Origin: Bugula neritina
Lineage: Eukaryota; Animalia; Bryozoa
DNA length: 64,000 nucleotides
Assembly: GCA_964035545.1 (NCBI GenBank)
Contig: OZ037772.1
Coordinates: 10,848,818-10,912,817, forward strand
Direction: 5' to 3'
Shown here: positions 38,460 to 51,772 of the stretch, in pieces
How the letters are laid out: each line of letters starts with the position of its first letter
How positions within the stretch are numbered: the stretch's first letter is position 1
The notes under the pieces: model-generated
The model's database searches: none
What the model saw: only the letters and a program-made list of their open reading frames with translations
What the model was told of the DNA's origin: nothing
Translations under genes and position numbers: made by a program

Positions 38460-39775
38460 TAAATTATAATTACCCTTTGAAAATGGCAAAACTTGGCAAG
38501 TTACAATATTCACTTGACCAATCAGATGCGTGCTTTTTGATTTGTGTTTAGCCTATCACAATGCTCATAACATTCTGAGTTGTTATCTCACCTTACATAT
38601 TGTATTATAATTATATATAATTACCCTTTGAAAATGGCAAAACTTGGCAAGTTACAATATTCACTTGACCAATCACGTGAGTGCTTTTTGATTTGTGTTT
38701 AGCCTATCACAATGCTTATAACATTCTGAGTTGTTATCTCACCTTACATATTGTATTATAATTACATATAATTACCCTTTGAAAATGGCAAAACTTGGCA
38801 AGTTAAAATATTCATTTGACCAATCAGGTTCGTGCTTTTTGATTTGTGTTTAGCCTATCACAACGCTTATAACATTGTGACTTGTTTTTTCAACTTATGT
38901 TGTATTGTAATTGCATATAATTACCCTTTGAAAATGGTAAAATTTGGCAAGCTACAATATTCATTTGACCAATCAGATTTGTGCTTTTTGATTTGTGTTT
39001 AGCCTATCACAACGCTTATAACATTCTGACTTGTTTTTTCAACTTATGTTGTATTATAATTACATATAATTACCCTTTGAAAATGGCAAAACTTGGCAAG
39101 TTACAATATTCACTTGACCAATCAGGTGTGTGCTTTTTGATTTGTGTTTAGCCTATCACAATGCTTATAACATTCTGACTTGTTATCTCACCTTACATAT
39201 TGTATTATAATTACATATAATTACCCTTTGAAAATGGCAAAACTTGGCAAGTTACAATATTCATTTGACCAACCAGATTTGTGCTCTTAGATTTGTGTTT
39301 AGCCTATCACAATGCTTATAACATTCTGACTTGTTTTTTCACCTTACATATTGTATTCTAATTACATATAATTACCCTTTGAAAGTGGCAAAACTTGGCA
39401 AGTTACAATATTCATTTGACCAATCACGTGAGTGCTTTTTGATTTGTGTTTAGCCTATCACAATGCTTATAACATTCTGACTTGTTTTTTCACTTTACAT
39501 ATTGTATTATAATTACATATAATTACCCTTTGAAAATGGCAAAACTTGGCAAGTTAAAATATTCATTTGACCAATCAGATTTGTGCTCTTAGATTTGTGT
39601 TTAGCCTATCACAATGCTTATAACATTCTGAGTTGTTATCTCACCCTACATATTGTATTATAATTACATATAATTACCCTTTGAAAATGGCAAAACTTGG
39701 CAAGTTACAATATTCATTTGATCAATCAGGTTTGTGCTTTTTGATTTGTGTTATAATTACATATAATATTCCCAA
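38460..39775. repeat. Satellite array, ~9 units of 149-151 bp, between convergent gene 3' ends
   Basis: Anchor TACCCTTTGAAA at 38471, 38622, 38773, 38922, 39071, 39222, 39373, 39524 and 39675. Confidence 0.97.
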
Positions 39776-40051
39776 AATAATAATAATGCATAGTATTCAC
39801 ATATATAGAAATATGAATTCACATAGACATGTAAATAATATACATAATTATTACACCATAAGCATGTGTATACTATATAATTATAATAAATCCTATTATA
39901 TGAATAAGTAAATGCAAAATTTAGCAAAGAATATAATATAATAACTGGCCAGACACATAAAAGAAAAAGACTGAAAAGAAAGCTTGTAGGAATTAACTGT
40001 TGGGTGTAGCATCTGTCCCTAGGTTCTGACATTTATGCATAGAAAGGGGAC

Positions 40052-40190
40052 CACAGTCTATCATCTATGTTAACGGAGGAGGTAATTAAAAGGGGTGTGT
40101 ATTTCAACTCAGTAGATGATATACCATCACAACTATTTCAATAAAGGGTAATTAAAAGGGGCGTGTTTTTCAACATAGATTATAGACTGT
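40052..40190. mobile_element. MITE-like element with ~20-bp TIRs and an internal direct repeat
   Basis: cacagtctatcatctatgtt ... aacatagattatagactgtg; internal ggtaattaaaagggg[t/c]gtg twice. Confidence 0.65.
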
Positions 40191-40669
40191 GATTCTTACC
40201 ATTGCATATTTTATACTAAAAGTAGGGGAGGGTAGAATGCCAGCCTAGGTCACAGTGCACAGTTTTTATTCCTAAAGTTTAGACTAGAAATGTGTATACA
40301 AGTTTTGATTAAATACTATAATAATCTCAAATGACTAGATCTACTAGTTTTCAACAGCTAGTTACCTACTGCTAAGCATTTTGACACTTTATAGCATAGT
40401 AATGACAAATTGGCAATGTCTGGTTAGTCTGGTAGACTTTGCAGATAACTTTTAGAGCTGCTTGCAAGTGCAATTAGCAACTGGCATTGCTCTAAACTTA
40501 ATTATAATCTTACAATTATCTTTACATCGTCATCCAAGATAAAAGGTCCAATGACGCTACGTCTTGTTAGCAGACGAATGAGACTCGGCGAGCCAACATC
40601 ATTAGAGAGTAATTGATTACATCGTCACCCAAACAGGATGTAACTATGTCCACGTAAAGTCTAACTCCC

Positions 40670-43600
40670 TTAGGGGGCAGGCTCATCGAAGTTTCCTCTG
40701 TACTTGTTTCTACAATGAAATCATTTAGCAATGAGCGTCACAGCATCTTACACAACCCCTTACACGATACACTTCTTGCAACATCACATCCCCTGGCATG
40801 TCACATGCGCCCCCTTGCATCTTTACACACTACATAGACACTACGTACATGCACCACACACTCATCCCCCCTTATACATACCTACGATTCACCATCCGCT
40901 CATCATCTGGCGAACACTGCCTGTTAGAAAACATTGTGAAACTTGGCCTTTCTCTATCATAAAGCCGAGATTTTGCTCCTCTGGGACACCAGTCGGCTTC
41001 TCCATGCCTTGGCCTGTGAAGTGGTGGCGGTGAGTAGGCAGCGTCAAACACTCTATACAAGAAAGACAGCGGTTAAAGGGATTGGCAAATAAGAAGTTTA
41101 GGAAAGTATTTATTAAGTTTGATTGGCAGTTAAAAAGTATATATACAAATCTTCTCATTGACTAGTCAACCATTGAATCAACAAAAAGCCAGTATACCGT
41201 GATCACGCAGAAATAAATGTCAACAATAACAAAAAATCTCACCTTTGAGGTTTCATATGCAGAAATTGCTTTTTATGAGTCCAGAGTTCTGCGTATGTAT
41301 CAAAGCTACAAGATAATTTGCAATGTTTAAGGTGACCTGCTACAAGGAAAACCTTCAGCAACTGGTTTGTTTAGCATATAGTGGCCTAGTTGTTCAGCAT
41401 ATAATATAATCAGTTCTCAATGCCAACATATGAATAACAGAGGCTGGAAATCAGTGCAAAGATCTTACCTTTCAAAACAGGTAAAACAATTAATTTTCTC
41501 CTTAGTAGGAGAACTTTTGCTATCCTTAACAGCATCTTCACGGTATTCTAAATATAAAAGGACATATTATCACCAAAAAGGTCCTCAAATATTATGACAA
41601 TGGCTAGCATTACATAGTCACAAAATATGGGCCGCCGATGAAACAGCCAGCCATAAAAAGAGAGCTTTGACTACAAGAATTTGAACTATACTGACCATCA
41701 TTTGAGTTTGCAGGCGGTGAAGCTGGACCATACATGCTTTGTCTCGCATACTCTACGGGATACGTCGTGCATTTATCAACAGCTTCCTGCCATTCGATAT
41801 TTCTGACTGAAGAAAATAACCCTTGCTTACCATCCTGAAAACATAAAGCCACCATGAAAATATGAGCATTACCTCAGAGCCAAGAGCATACATGTTTCAT
41901 TCTCATACACATTATCTGCTGGTCAACATCTGTAATTCACAAGGATGTAGTAGGGTCTCAACTCCACATGAATAAATAGTGCTATAAATAAGCAGCACTA
42001 TTCAATAGATCAATAAACATCTTATTATATATAAGAAAACTTTTTATAATACGAAAAAATAGTTACTCTGCGTGTGGAGCCATAGACAACTTCTGGAATG
42101 TCCATTTTAGTGCCACCCCTTTCATCTCCATTTTCTTTGTCGTCATCGCCCAATGCTTTTGGTCTTCCTCTTTGAGAAGTCTCAAAATTTACATCCGTAT
42201 GGCTGATGTTTTCTGCAGTGATACCATAGTGCTTAAAACACCGCTCTCGGCAATATTGTCTAATCTTTTCATCAAAACTTTGAGAATAAAGTTTCTCTAT
42301 TTCTGGTGTTTTTATTGTGCTGGGAATAACCTCTCTTCTGCTTGTTTCACGCTTAACAGTGTCCGCAGATTCAAGCATCTGTGAATTTGGATGATCTTTT
42401 GACGAAAGTATCTGTTCATATTTTTTAAATGCTGCTGTTTTGGACACTTGGCCTGATCCTGATAAATTAACTGCTTTCTGAGTTCCTGATAATGAATGCT
42501 TTTCTCTTTTTGTATCCGTATAGGTTTTCACAAAACACTGTTTTTTTGCCATGCTTGATTTTTCTTCAGAACACTTTTCTTTTGCCAGATTTGACTCTTT
42601 TGCAGTGCTTTCTTCCTTTCCTGAGCCTTTTTCCTTTGCTAGGCTTGATTCTTTTACAGGACACTTTTCTTTTGCCACACTTGATACTTTTGCAGCGCTT
42701 TCTTCTTTTCCTGAGCCCTTTTCCTTTACCATGCTTGACTCTTTTGCAGAACACTTTGCTTTTGTAGCACTTAATACGCTTTCTTCTTTTCCTGAACCCT
42801 TTTCCATAACCATGCTTGACTCTTTTGCAGAACACTTTGCTTTTGTAGCACTTAATACTTTTGCAGGGCTTTCTTCTTTTCCTGAGCCCTTTTCTTTTGC
42901 CACACTTGATTCTGGTGCTAAACCAACTTTTAGTGCTTTCGGTTTAGTCCTCACTGATTCAATGTTTGCAGCAGAATCACCCTTATGAACATCTTTGTTG
43001 ATAGAAGTCTGAGATTTAGCTGATCTAGAGTTATATGAGGTTTTATTTTCTATCTTGCATTTCTTATTGGACTCGATGTTTTGTAATTCCCTTTTGTCGA
43101 AGTTTAAATCACTCTTTTTGTCACTTTTCTTTAGTATGCTATTCAACTTTTCATATGCTCTCTTTTGTCTTTGTAAAGGTATCACCACGGTTTTTTTAAA
43201 TCTCTTAACGTTTTCATTGGTGGGAAGCAATTTTCTCTTAAGCCCTCTCCTAGGATCTCCTGGTAGTGCATTTTCTATTACGTCCGCCGATTTGTCGGGG
43301 AAGGTCACTGTGATGAAAGACTTCCTCCAAGCTAAAATCTCGCTTTCTGATAAAGTTTTGCTTCTTGACCTAAATAGAAAAAATTACATAGAAAACATCA
43401 AAGTACTATAACAGAGCTATTATCTAATAGATATGTATAAAAAGCTGTTTCTGTAACCTTTTGCTTAGAGATCATTTCTCATTTTAATGACTTCCACTTC
43501 GAGTTTTTATGACTCATTAAAGTGCCAAATGGGATATGTTGATGTTAACAAGAAAATTTCAATTCTATATTTACCTCTTGGTTTTTCTCTTGTCTCCTGA

Positions 43601-46600
43601 ATTTTTATCTTTGGTTGATTTTTTTCTAGATTCTTCTTTTTCACTCTCTGAAAAACCACAGACTTTAGTTGTTGACGCAAAAATGAATGAAGCCTCATAC
43701 ATCAGCTATTAACTGCACTGCTGCTAGTTACCAATAGATAATTGCTCTATTATGTATTAAGGATACGGTGGAACTTTGAAAAAACTCCCCACTGTACAAT
43801 GGGATGATGACATCAAGGAAAAATAATTTAATGCTACTCGGCATTTACTGCATCGAATCTTTAAAAAAGGCTCAGGATGAATATTAATAGCTGAATAAAA
43901 AACTTTAACATTAATCCTGCTTTGCTTCAACTTACCATCTCCACTAGTGGAATGGGTGCCAACTGGACTCGATATAACATTAGATTCATGGTCACTGGTT
44001 TCAATATTCAGTTTAGAGGTCGCCAAACTACCAGTTCCAGACCCAGAAGCCACCAAGTCTTGGCATGCCGTTGAGTCTTTGTTTCTTTCTTTAGCCTGTC
44101 TTTGGCTTGGTTCTAGACTTGAACTTGTTGCTGTCGTAGCCGTTGAGTCATTGGCTGGTGAGTCAGCTTGATCTGGTGATCGAATTCCATTCAACTGTGA
44201 ACTTTTCTTTACTTGACTAATTGGCTCATTCAGATCGTTCATCTCAAATAGCTCTTCTGCCGTAGAAGTTGCTCTTTCACTCTTCACAACCACTGTCTCA
44301 GGGTTAACCTTTTCAACGTGCAGTCCAGAATTGATGCTCACAGCAGAACTGATTTCAATGAAGTAGCTATAAATAGCTAACTCAGGGTAACCACTATTTG
44401 ATTTAGATACAGTAATTGTTGCAGAAGACTTTTCGTCTACTAAAGAAACTTTTGGTGAAACTGTTTGAGATATAGTTGCCAGTGAGTCGGGAGACTGTTC
44501 TTTGACCGTGTCTTGCACTACACTCAGCTCCCCAACTTCTAACTGATATGGAGGCGTGGCTTTCTGCCTTTCTCTATCTTGAAGCTTATGTTCTACAATA
44601 ATTCAGACAAGTTACAAGTAAGTTAGTAATTAGCTAACTACTTTGGATGATTGGCAAACTAGATCTGCCAAGTGAATATTTCATTCCCACTTTACTTCTC
44701 TGAATACTGCGAGATGTTTCAAGATAACTTTAGTTGTATACCATAAAATCAAATATTTGTAAATTAAAAACTATGCTTAATTTTCTGTACACAATAAACT
44801 AAATAATTGTGTCACCATTTACCCCAGATGGATTTAAACTTCAGTACCTAGCGTATTTATTCACTTAGGCTAGACTGGGTGTTTATCAGGCTATTATTCT
44901 GGTACTTACTTTGTCTGAGCTGCCATTTTCTCCACGGAGCTCTGTCAGCCGGACAACCACCATTAGGGTACATTTCCAAGTGCTTTTTCAATATCGAATT
45001 CTTGTTAAAGCCTTTACCACAGCACCCGCACTTAAATGGATGAAGACCGGTGTGATGGTCTCTGAAACAGCCACTCCAAAATAAAATTTCAAAAAAAAAA
45101 AATTTTTTTTTTTTTTTTATATTTCAAGGTAATTAGCTGCTGAAAGTATTGAATATAAATTGTGAATTTCAAGCAGACTCATCAGATTAAATTTTTAGGC
45201 TGGTTTACAAGTGTTCGGCGCAAAAAAACTCATCAACTAACCTCGCATGGTGTTTCACTTGGTAAGCTAAAACGGCTTTATATGGACAGTAGACACACTC
45301 ATACTTCTTTTCCTTTTCATGCATTTTTCTACAATCAAATCAGCTTATAGTTTCACCCAAATGAAGCACAGTTACCAAGGTTCATGTCATGAGTATAACT
45401 TATGAAGCAGAAAGCACAGGTGGCCATCTTGAATATTTAAACTTCCCACAAACTTAATACCCACAGATTAGTTACCCACAGCATCGTATCCACATAGCAT
45501 ACACAACATACTGCCCAAAAACTATAATTTACCCACACTTTATTAGTTACCAACAGAAATTCTACCAACATTTTACTTACCTTTTGTGACGAGACAACTG
45601 AGACTTTTTGTCACAAATAGTGTCACAAAGGTCACAGGAATACTGTTTATTCGTGGCAACAGGAGCTGCAGTGCCATTTTCAGCAGTCTCGAGAGATCCA
45701 AGCGGATCTGTTATGCTATTTTCAGCAGTCTCGTCAAAGCCAAGGTGAGCTGCCACACTGCTAACACAGCTAACGGGAGTTGACTTAGTATCACCGATTT
45801 CAACAGGAAGTTCATCACTAGAAGGATGCAAACTTTTTTCTAACTTTTCCACGGGACCAGCGTAAGCATCTGAATGGTTGGCAAGTGGTACAACCTCTTC
45901 TATAAAATATTTTTTCTGATGAGGTTCTTTGTTAAAGTTGTGTAATGTTTGAGAGATTTGGTGTTAGACCGCCACAAAGCAACATGGCGGATTAGGAGTT
46001 GCTTTCTTCTTGAAAGTACAATGATGAATGAACATAAAACAAAAAGCAGCCAGGTCACATGAGAATTGCTAGAAGCAGCGCTGATTTGGTGGCCATTTAG
46101 TGCATGTTTGAGAAGGGTATCAAATTTGATGTTGGGGTTCGGAGTTCAAACAATTATGTATATACAAAAACTGTAGTCGTCCACCCACAATTTGGTGCTG
46201 CTTCTAACAATATTCACTTTAACTTTTTAAAACACTAAACAATTCTAACATTTCCTCTCACCTTTTACGTTGGATTGTCGTAGGCTAGGTTGGTGTAGAT
46301 CTCTAAAAGTGGCAGAGGCACCAGCATCAACTGGACCTGGTGATGGATCTCGTCTGATAAACACATCTCTCAGTGAGATGGTGCTGTCCTGAACATAAAA
46401 GAAGACAACTACACACGATGATATGACATTGGTGATGCAGATTTACTTTTACTCTTGAGAGCGGGCAAGCTGGGGAGTAATACTGTATGCAATACTCTTA
46501 GTCTGTGTTCAGAAATGAACACTTTTGTAACTGAGCTTTCAAACAATGGCTATCAATTAAGACTGCTAACTATCAGAGCTACTTCAGCTTTTTGGCTTGA

Positions 46601-47425
46601 ATTCACTCGCTTTTAAATTATATACATTGGTAGAAACATTATTTTAGATACGCTTTGGAATTAGAAACATTATTTTAGATACGCTTTGGAATTAGAAACA
46701 TTGGTTTCTTTTATTTGTCTACTGTTCTGTACTGAAGAGGGGATAAATCCTGAAACAGTTGCTGTACATAGATTATTATATTATAACCTGTGTATAGCAA
46801 CTGTTTCAGAATTTGTCCCCTCTTTGCCTTGATATAGATGAATATTATTTTTTATACATTTTAACAAAAAGTTTAAAAGCCTTACTTCATTGCCAATTTA
46901 TTAGCTGAATGTTGAAGTTGAATTTCACAAATATTTTACATATAATTTCTACACCCCATATTCCTGCAGATATGATAACTTCCACTCACCTCAGAGTCCC
47001 TGCTGTAGACTACTGACTGTACACCAGGTTGACCTGTCCGCAAATAAAATAATAATTTATACCTTCCATTCACCAGGGAAGCTTTGCTGAATGCTTCCAA
47101 TGTATTCAGATATTTTATACAGTATTGTCAACTCAAATACATTAAGTTTGTATTTTGATAAAAGGTACCACATCTCCTTATATTTGTTATGTTGCCATAC
47201 ATGAACAGGTGGTACAAAACAATGAAACAGTAATTTGTATAATAAAATTGGCCAAATACATATTTTTAGGAATTATCCTCCTAATTCTAACAGAAAACAA
47301 CCAGGAGTTATCTTCTCATATCTTATATAATGAGAGTAATGCAGAATTACCTTCAAAATAAACAGAGTCTGAATAGCTGACTGGGGTTACTTCAGGAGAG
47401 GGTGGTGCATCATTCAAGCCCAACT
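40670..47425 (-). CDS. Large C2H2 zinc-finger protein with Lys/Glu/Ser-rich repeats and AT-hook-like motif (>1080 aa; well-supported 3' part)
   Basis: Phase-consistent - strand exons: 47351-47425, 46990-47033, 46262-46388, 45581-45899, 44910-45061, 43936-44592, 43575-43647, 42067-43369, 41696-41834, 41469-41547, 41243-41305, 40882-41052, 40670-40709. Fingers YSCDLCDTICDKKSQLSRHKRDHH-TGLHPF-KCGCCGKGFNKNSILKKH and CFTCFESFDTYAELWTHKKQFLH; RGRPK motif. Confidence 0.8.
46735..46824. other. Near-perfect 42-bp-arm inverted repeat (hairpin) in an intron
   Basis: AAGAGGGGATAAATCCTGAAACAGTTGCTGTACATAGATTAT versus reverse complement of the right arm AAGAGGGGACAAATTCTGAAACAGTTGCTATACACAGGTTAT (5 transitions). 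Confidence 0.9.
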
Positions 47426-49300
47426 CTAAAGAAAAACGCACACAATTATAGGGCTAAATGGACAAACACCTTCATACATGGAGACAAGGCTATGAAAGTT
47501 AATGTCCGAGAAATGTTTATGCCACCAGAGTAAATTCTCGAAAGGGTCTGTAGCTTTCCCATATATCTCAGGGATGAAAGAACCATGGCCAGTGAATGAA
47601 CTACACATTAGCGGTGCTCAATGCTAATAAGATACAGTTCCTGCGTGGCGTTGAGGGGTTAGCTGTGTGAATCCATGCATAATGATCTCAAGCTCTTCCA
47701 TTGAATTTGCATCTTGTGGTTTGAAGCCTGTGTAAATTGTGCCAACACAAAGAAGTGCACAAAAAACATAATTGAACAAAACAAAGGCATCTATCTGATC
47801 TATTTCTGGTTGACTTTGCAAAAAGTTTATGATAGAATCAGTTCTTGGCCATGACTTGAGTTGAGCAGCTGGTATATTGCTAATCACTGCAATTGATACG
47901 GTTTACAGAGACATTCATAGGTCATCAGTAGTTCTAACAATGCACAGCCTTTGTACAACCCTCTCCATTAGAGGGTTGATAAAATGTATTTGTCAAGATA
48001 CTGCTATAATTCAATGTGAACCGGACTTTATAATCATACCAGTAAAACAACCAGTAGACAGGATGGTGGGCAAAAGGATAAAAAAAAACTGTATAAATTA
48101 TACCAGTTTCTGTCAGTATGAGGTACAGAGCACTGATGCTAATTAATTGCATGTTGCTGTGGCAGCAAATATTTTAGCATTGCAGCAAAAAAATCTCAAT
48201 CACTTCTGTAAGTAAAATTACTACTTCTACAAAGGAACCCTATGATTTGAACAGCTAAACCTCATGTTTCCTAAGAACCACTGCAGAGTTGAAAGCATTC
48301 AGTACATAATAGCCTAGTTAGCTATCAATTTTCAGCTATTTCACACTAACAATTATGCAACAAAAGAGAGATTAAAATTTCTAATTTAGTGAAAGGGACT
48401 GGTTTGGCATTACGTAATACCCTAAGCACTTTGAGTGCCAGTAGCCCATAATTTGAGATAACTATTCATACAATGAATGATAATTATGTTTCTCCTCATA
48501 AACTCGATGGAAAATAACCTTCCCACAAGGCTTCAGCCAAAAACCAACATGGCTGATAACCAAGCTAAATCTCTGCACTTGACTAACTCTAGAAACACAT
48601 TGGTGGTCTATCACTCTTAGAAAGCAACTGATGGCCTTCATGAAATGTCCAAATGATCAAAGAGACAGTATTATCTAGCCAAATTCGTAGCAAAACATAG
48701 TTTCTACTATGTTTTTTTTCTCAAGAACCCAGGCTCTTATAACAAGTTCTCTTTTACTGCTCAAAAACCTGACTTTCTAAATGAGAAACTCGAGCAATGA
48801 CCAAGCCCAGCCAGCAGAAAACAGTTTAGTTTGACTACTCCTGTAAGAGAGAAATAGCCAATCATTGGTAGTTTTAATAGTAGCACTTTTGAGAAAGAAC
48901 ATTAAGTTCCATCTTTTCATCTTCTTTCACCAAAATACAATTAGCATACAACCTATTCAAGATTTTACTTGCGAATGACTAGATAATGGATCTCAAGGTT
49001 CTAAAGCTTTACGTCATTAAGTAGCTAGGAAAAAAATACTGAAAGCTTAGAACTATATATCAGCTCAAAGTAAGTGACTACGCCAGATAATGAGTGCTCC
49101 TTTGCCATTTTTCGACTTCATTTCTGACCTGACTTCATTTCTGACCTGTACGATCTGCAAACCCCAAAAAACCTGACAAACTAATTTGGTGCTCGAAAAA
49201 TGGAGAGAAAGTGGCCTCGTCAGAAGTTTCTATGACCTTGAACTCACACAAAGAATCCTCACATGGGCTAGTCACAGAGTTAACCATTCAGACAACTCAC

Positions 49301-49637
49301 TTGCTTGATCTTGGCTTTTCATCCTATAGATTCTCTGCTGACTAATTTTTCTTTCCAGTAGTGCTCCTTCGCCTTCGGTAAAAAGTTGGTAGAGCTCCAT
49401 GACTTTCTCTTCGTTTTCCAAAGCCACAGCCCGTTGGTACCAGTGCATATCGGCTGGGCTACTTATTTTGATGGGCAAAACTTTGCTCATTATCACCAAT
49501 CCCTGGACATATTGCAGAAGTCGATCAACTTCTGCTGCACGAAGAGTTTGAGCAGGGCTCCCACCTCCAATTTTTGTAACGATGTCATCATATTCGTCGT
49601 CAGAACTGTCCGATTCTATTATTGGCTTATGTAACAT
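49301..49637 (-). CDS. Probable 5' coding exon of the zinc-finger gene (MLHKPIIESDSSDDEYDD...)
   Basis: Open, coding-like 112-codon stretch with acceptor tttag| at 49644 and donor |gtgagt at 49300. Linkage to 47425 through exons at 47.47-48.85 kb could not be resolved. Confidence 0.55.
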
Positions 49638-50696
49638 GTCAATCTAAATATGGAAAGAAAACATTAAACCTAACTTTATCGGTTTTTTATTAATTGTCTA
49701 GTTTGTTTGCAACTATATTTATTTGTATTTGCTGAGAGTTAGTGGAGTTACAGAAGCTAATGACCAACGAGAGTTATGCTGTTTTATTTGATATCAAACC
49801 GATAACTCAGTTTGACTAACATGAGCTTTTATTGTCTCACTTCAGCATTACAATGCCGGCAGTTTTGAAATTTGTTTGCCCCTTCAATAGAAGTAGTTGT
49901 ACGACATTGCTATGCTGATAAATAAAATACATCCAAGAAACAACATGCTAAATTATTCATTACAATTCCACTTTTAAGAAAATAGGAAGTTTGTAAAAAA
50001 TCATAAATAATCTAAAAATGTCGTCTCAAAAGTTTGTGAAAAACAACAAATATCAGATTAGAATTTGTTCAACCTAAGTAAAAACAACAGTAAAATATCC
50101 AACAGCTTGTTGAAAAAACAGTTCTATAGTCTAAATGCTAGCTATAGTTGGTGCTGAGCTTTTAGTCATAGATACATCACTGCTGATAGCCTTACCTGTA
50201 TTCCACTATGCTGCTCTAGAAATGAAAGGTGCGGGCTAATTCGTAGCTTTTATATTCTTCTGAACCATATTTCTTTTCTACAGAAATAAGCCAATCAAAT
50301 TTTTGCCATGCTTTCTGAAGCATTCCATATTTGGCCAATAATTGACAGATTGCCAGCACACGCAATAGCTAGTAAGCTTTATCTGTTAGCTTTATCTGGC
50401 ACCTATCTGTACTGTCTCTGTAGCTTCATCATTCATAAACTGACAACGTTGTCAATAAATAAATATTGCGCAATAAAAAGTTGAATGTGACATTTCCCAC
50501 CATCATTGTTTTCCCTGCTAGGCTTTGCTACAAACTACTAGTCAATATTATAAACTATGAATAGCTTTTTCTGAAGATTGAGAGTGTATGGAAAGATATC
50601 TGAATCAGTAGAACTTCTGCAAAAATTTGCAAATGGAAATCTGCAGAAATAATTTAATTGCTAGTGTAACCTAGCAATACTAGTTCTATAGCGAAG

Positions 50697-50832
50697 TAGG
50701 TGAAGTTATAATGGAGAAAGCCTGTGTTCTATATGAGAGATATAGCGAAAGAAGCTTTTTTTCTAGAGAATATTTTAACCCTTGTCCCAAAAGCAGAGTA
50801 TCAAAAAACTTTAGCTATTAAAACTGCACCTA
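50697..50832 (+). mobile_element. MITE family A copy
   Basis: taggtgaagttataatggagaaagcctgtgttcta ... aaactgcaccta. Confidence 0.7.
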
Positions 50833-50974
50833 AATGGTTTTTCAATTAGTCAAAAGAATGTTGGCTGAAAGTTTGCAATTAATTAATACTTTCATTCATT
50901 ATTTTTATAATTCAACATGAGAGCTGCAGACCACAGCCAGGAGGGGTGAAGAGATTGCAACAATTAAAGTTACA

Positions 50975-51330
50975 TTTAGCAGAAGCAGTACTAGATGTGG
51001 TGGTAGCAGCAAAAGTAGCAGTAGCAGTTATAGAAGCAGTAGTGGTACAGTGGCAGTAGCATTAGTAGCAGCGATTATAGTAGCAGCAGTAGCAGCATTA
51101 GTAGTAGTAGCAGTAGCAGCAGTAGTAGCAGTAGAAGCAGTAGCAGTAGTAGCAGCAGCAGCAGCAGCAGTAGCAGCAGCAGCAGCAGTAGCAGTAGTAG
51201 CAGTAGTAGTAGTATAGTAATAGTAGTAGTATAGTAATAGTAGTAGTAGTAGTAGCAGTAGTAGTAGTATAGTAATAGTGGTAGCAGCAGTAGCAGCAGT
51301 AGCAGCAGTAGCAGTAGTAGTAGTAGTTGG
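50975..51330. repeat. (GTA/GCA)n trinucleotide microsatellite
   Basis: Directly visible. Confidence 0.97.
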
Positions 51331-51772
51331 AATAATGAAGTAACACCACAACTAAGTTCATAAATCACACCTATTAACCTCAGCATGAGTGAAAATACAG
51401 CATCTTCCCAGAAACAGAGGAAATAAGACTCTGTCATCAAACAATAATTATACATCCATTTAATTTCTTTTCCAATTATATTGAGTGTACAATATATTTA
51501 TTTACCTACAATATTGGCAACATTTCCATAGTGCAATGATTCATTTCTACTGTTTGTTTTTGTGCCTGAAGTGATTGTGTCTGCAGTTATATTTATGTAG
51601 ATGTGTTGTTTGTTGTATCCAGCAGAGCAAGTTACAGATGTAAAATATGATAACATAGAAAACCTTCCACCTAACAATGAAACTACATGCAGCAATTATG
51701 TGCTGTGCATCAGTAGTGCATGCCAACAGTTTTACTATTACGTAATGCCAACTATGCATTTATGAAGTTATA

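Noticed and set aside
38460-39775. CRISPR-like array (conserved repeats with a small variable patch)
   Set aside because: Units are ~150 bp and almost wholly conserved, there are no unique 25-45-bp spacers and no cas genes, and the context is eukaryotic. It is a satellite.
40715-40875. Possible PHD/Cys-rich terminal domain of the zinc-finger gene
   Set aside because: No frame gives a proper Cys/His pattern; a phase-consistent intron (40710-40881) removes it.
45092-45118. A11-T16 palindrome as a terminator
   Set aside because: Eukaryotic intron; simple homopolymer runs near a polypyrimidine tract.
49080-49160. Exon joined through a GC donor (caa|gcaagt)
   Set aside because: It contains a 17-bp (non-triplet) duplication and has no convincing donor; cannot be supported.
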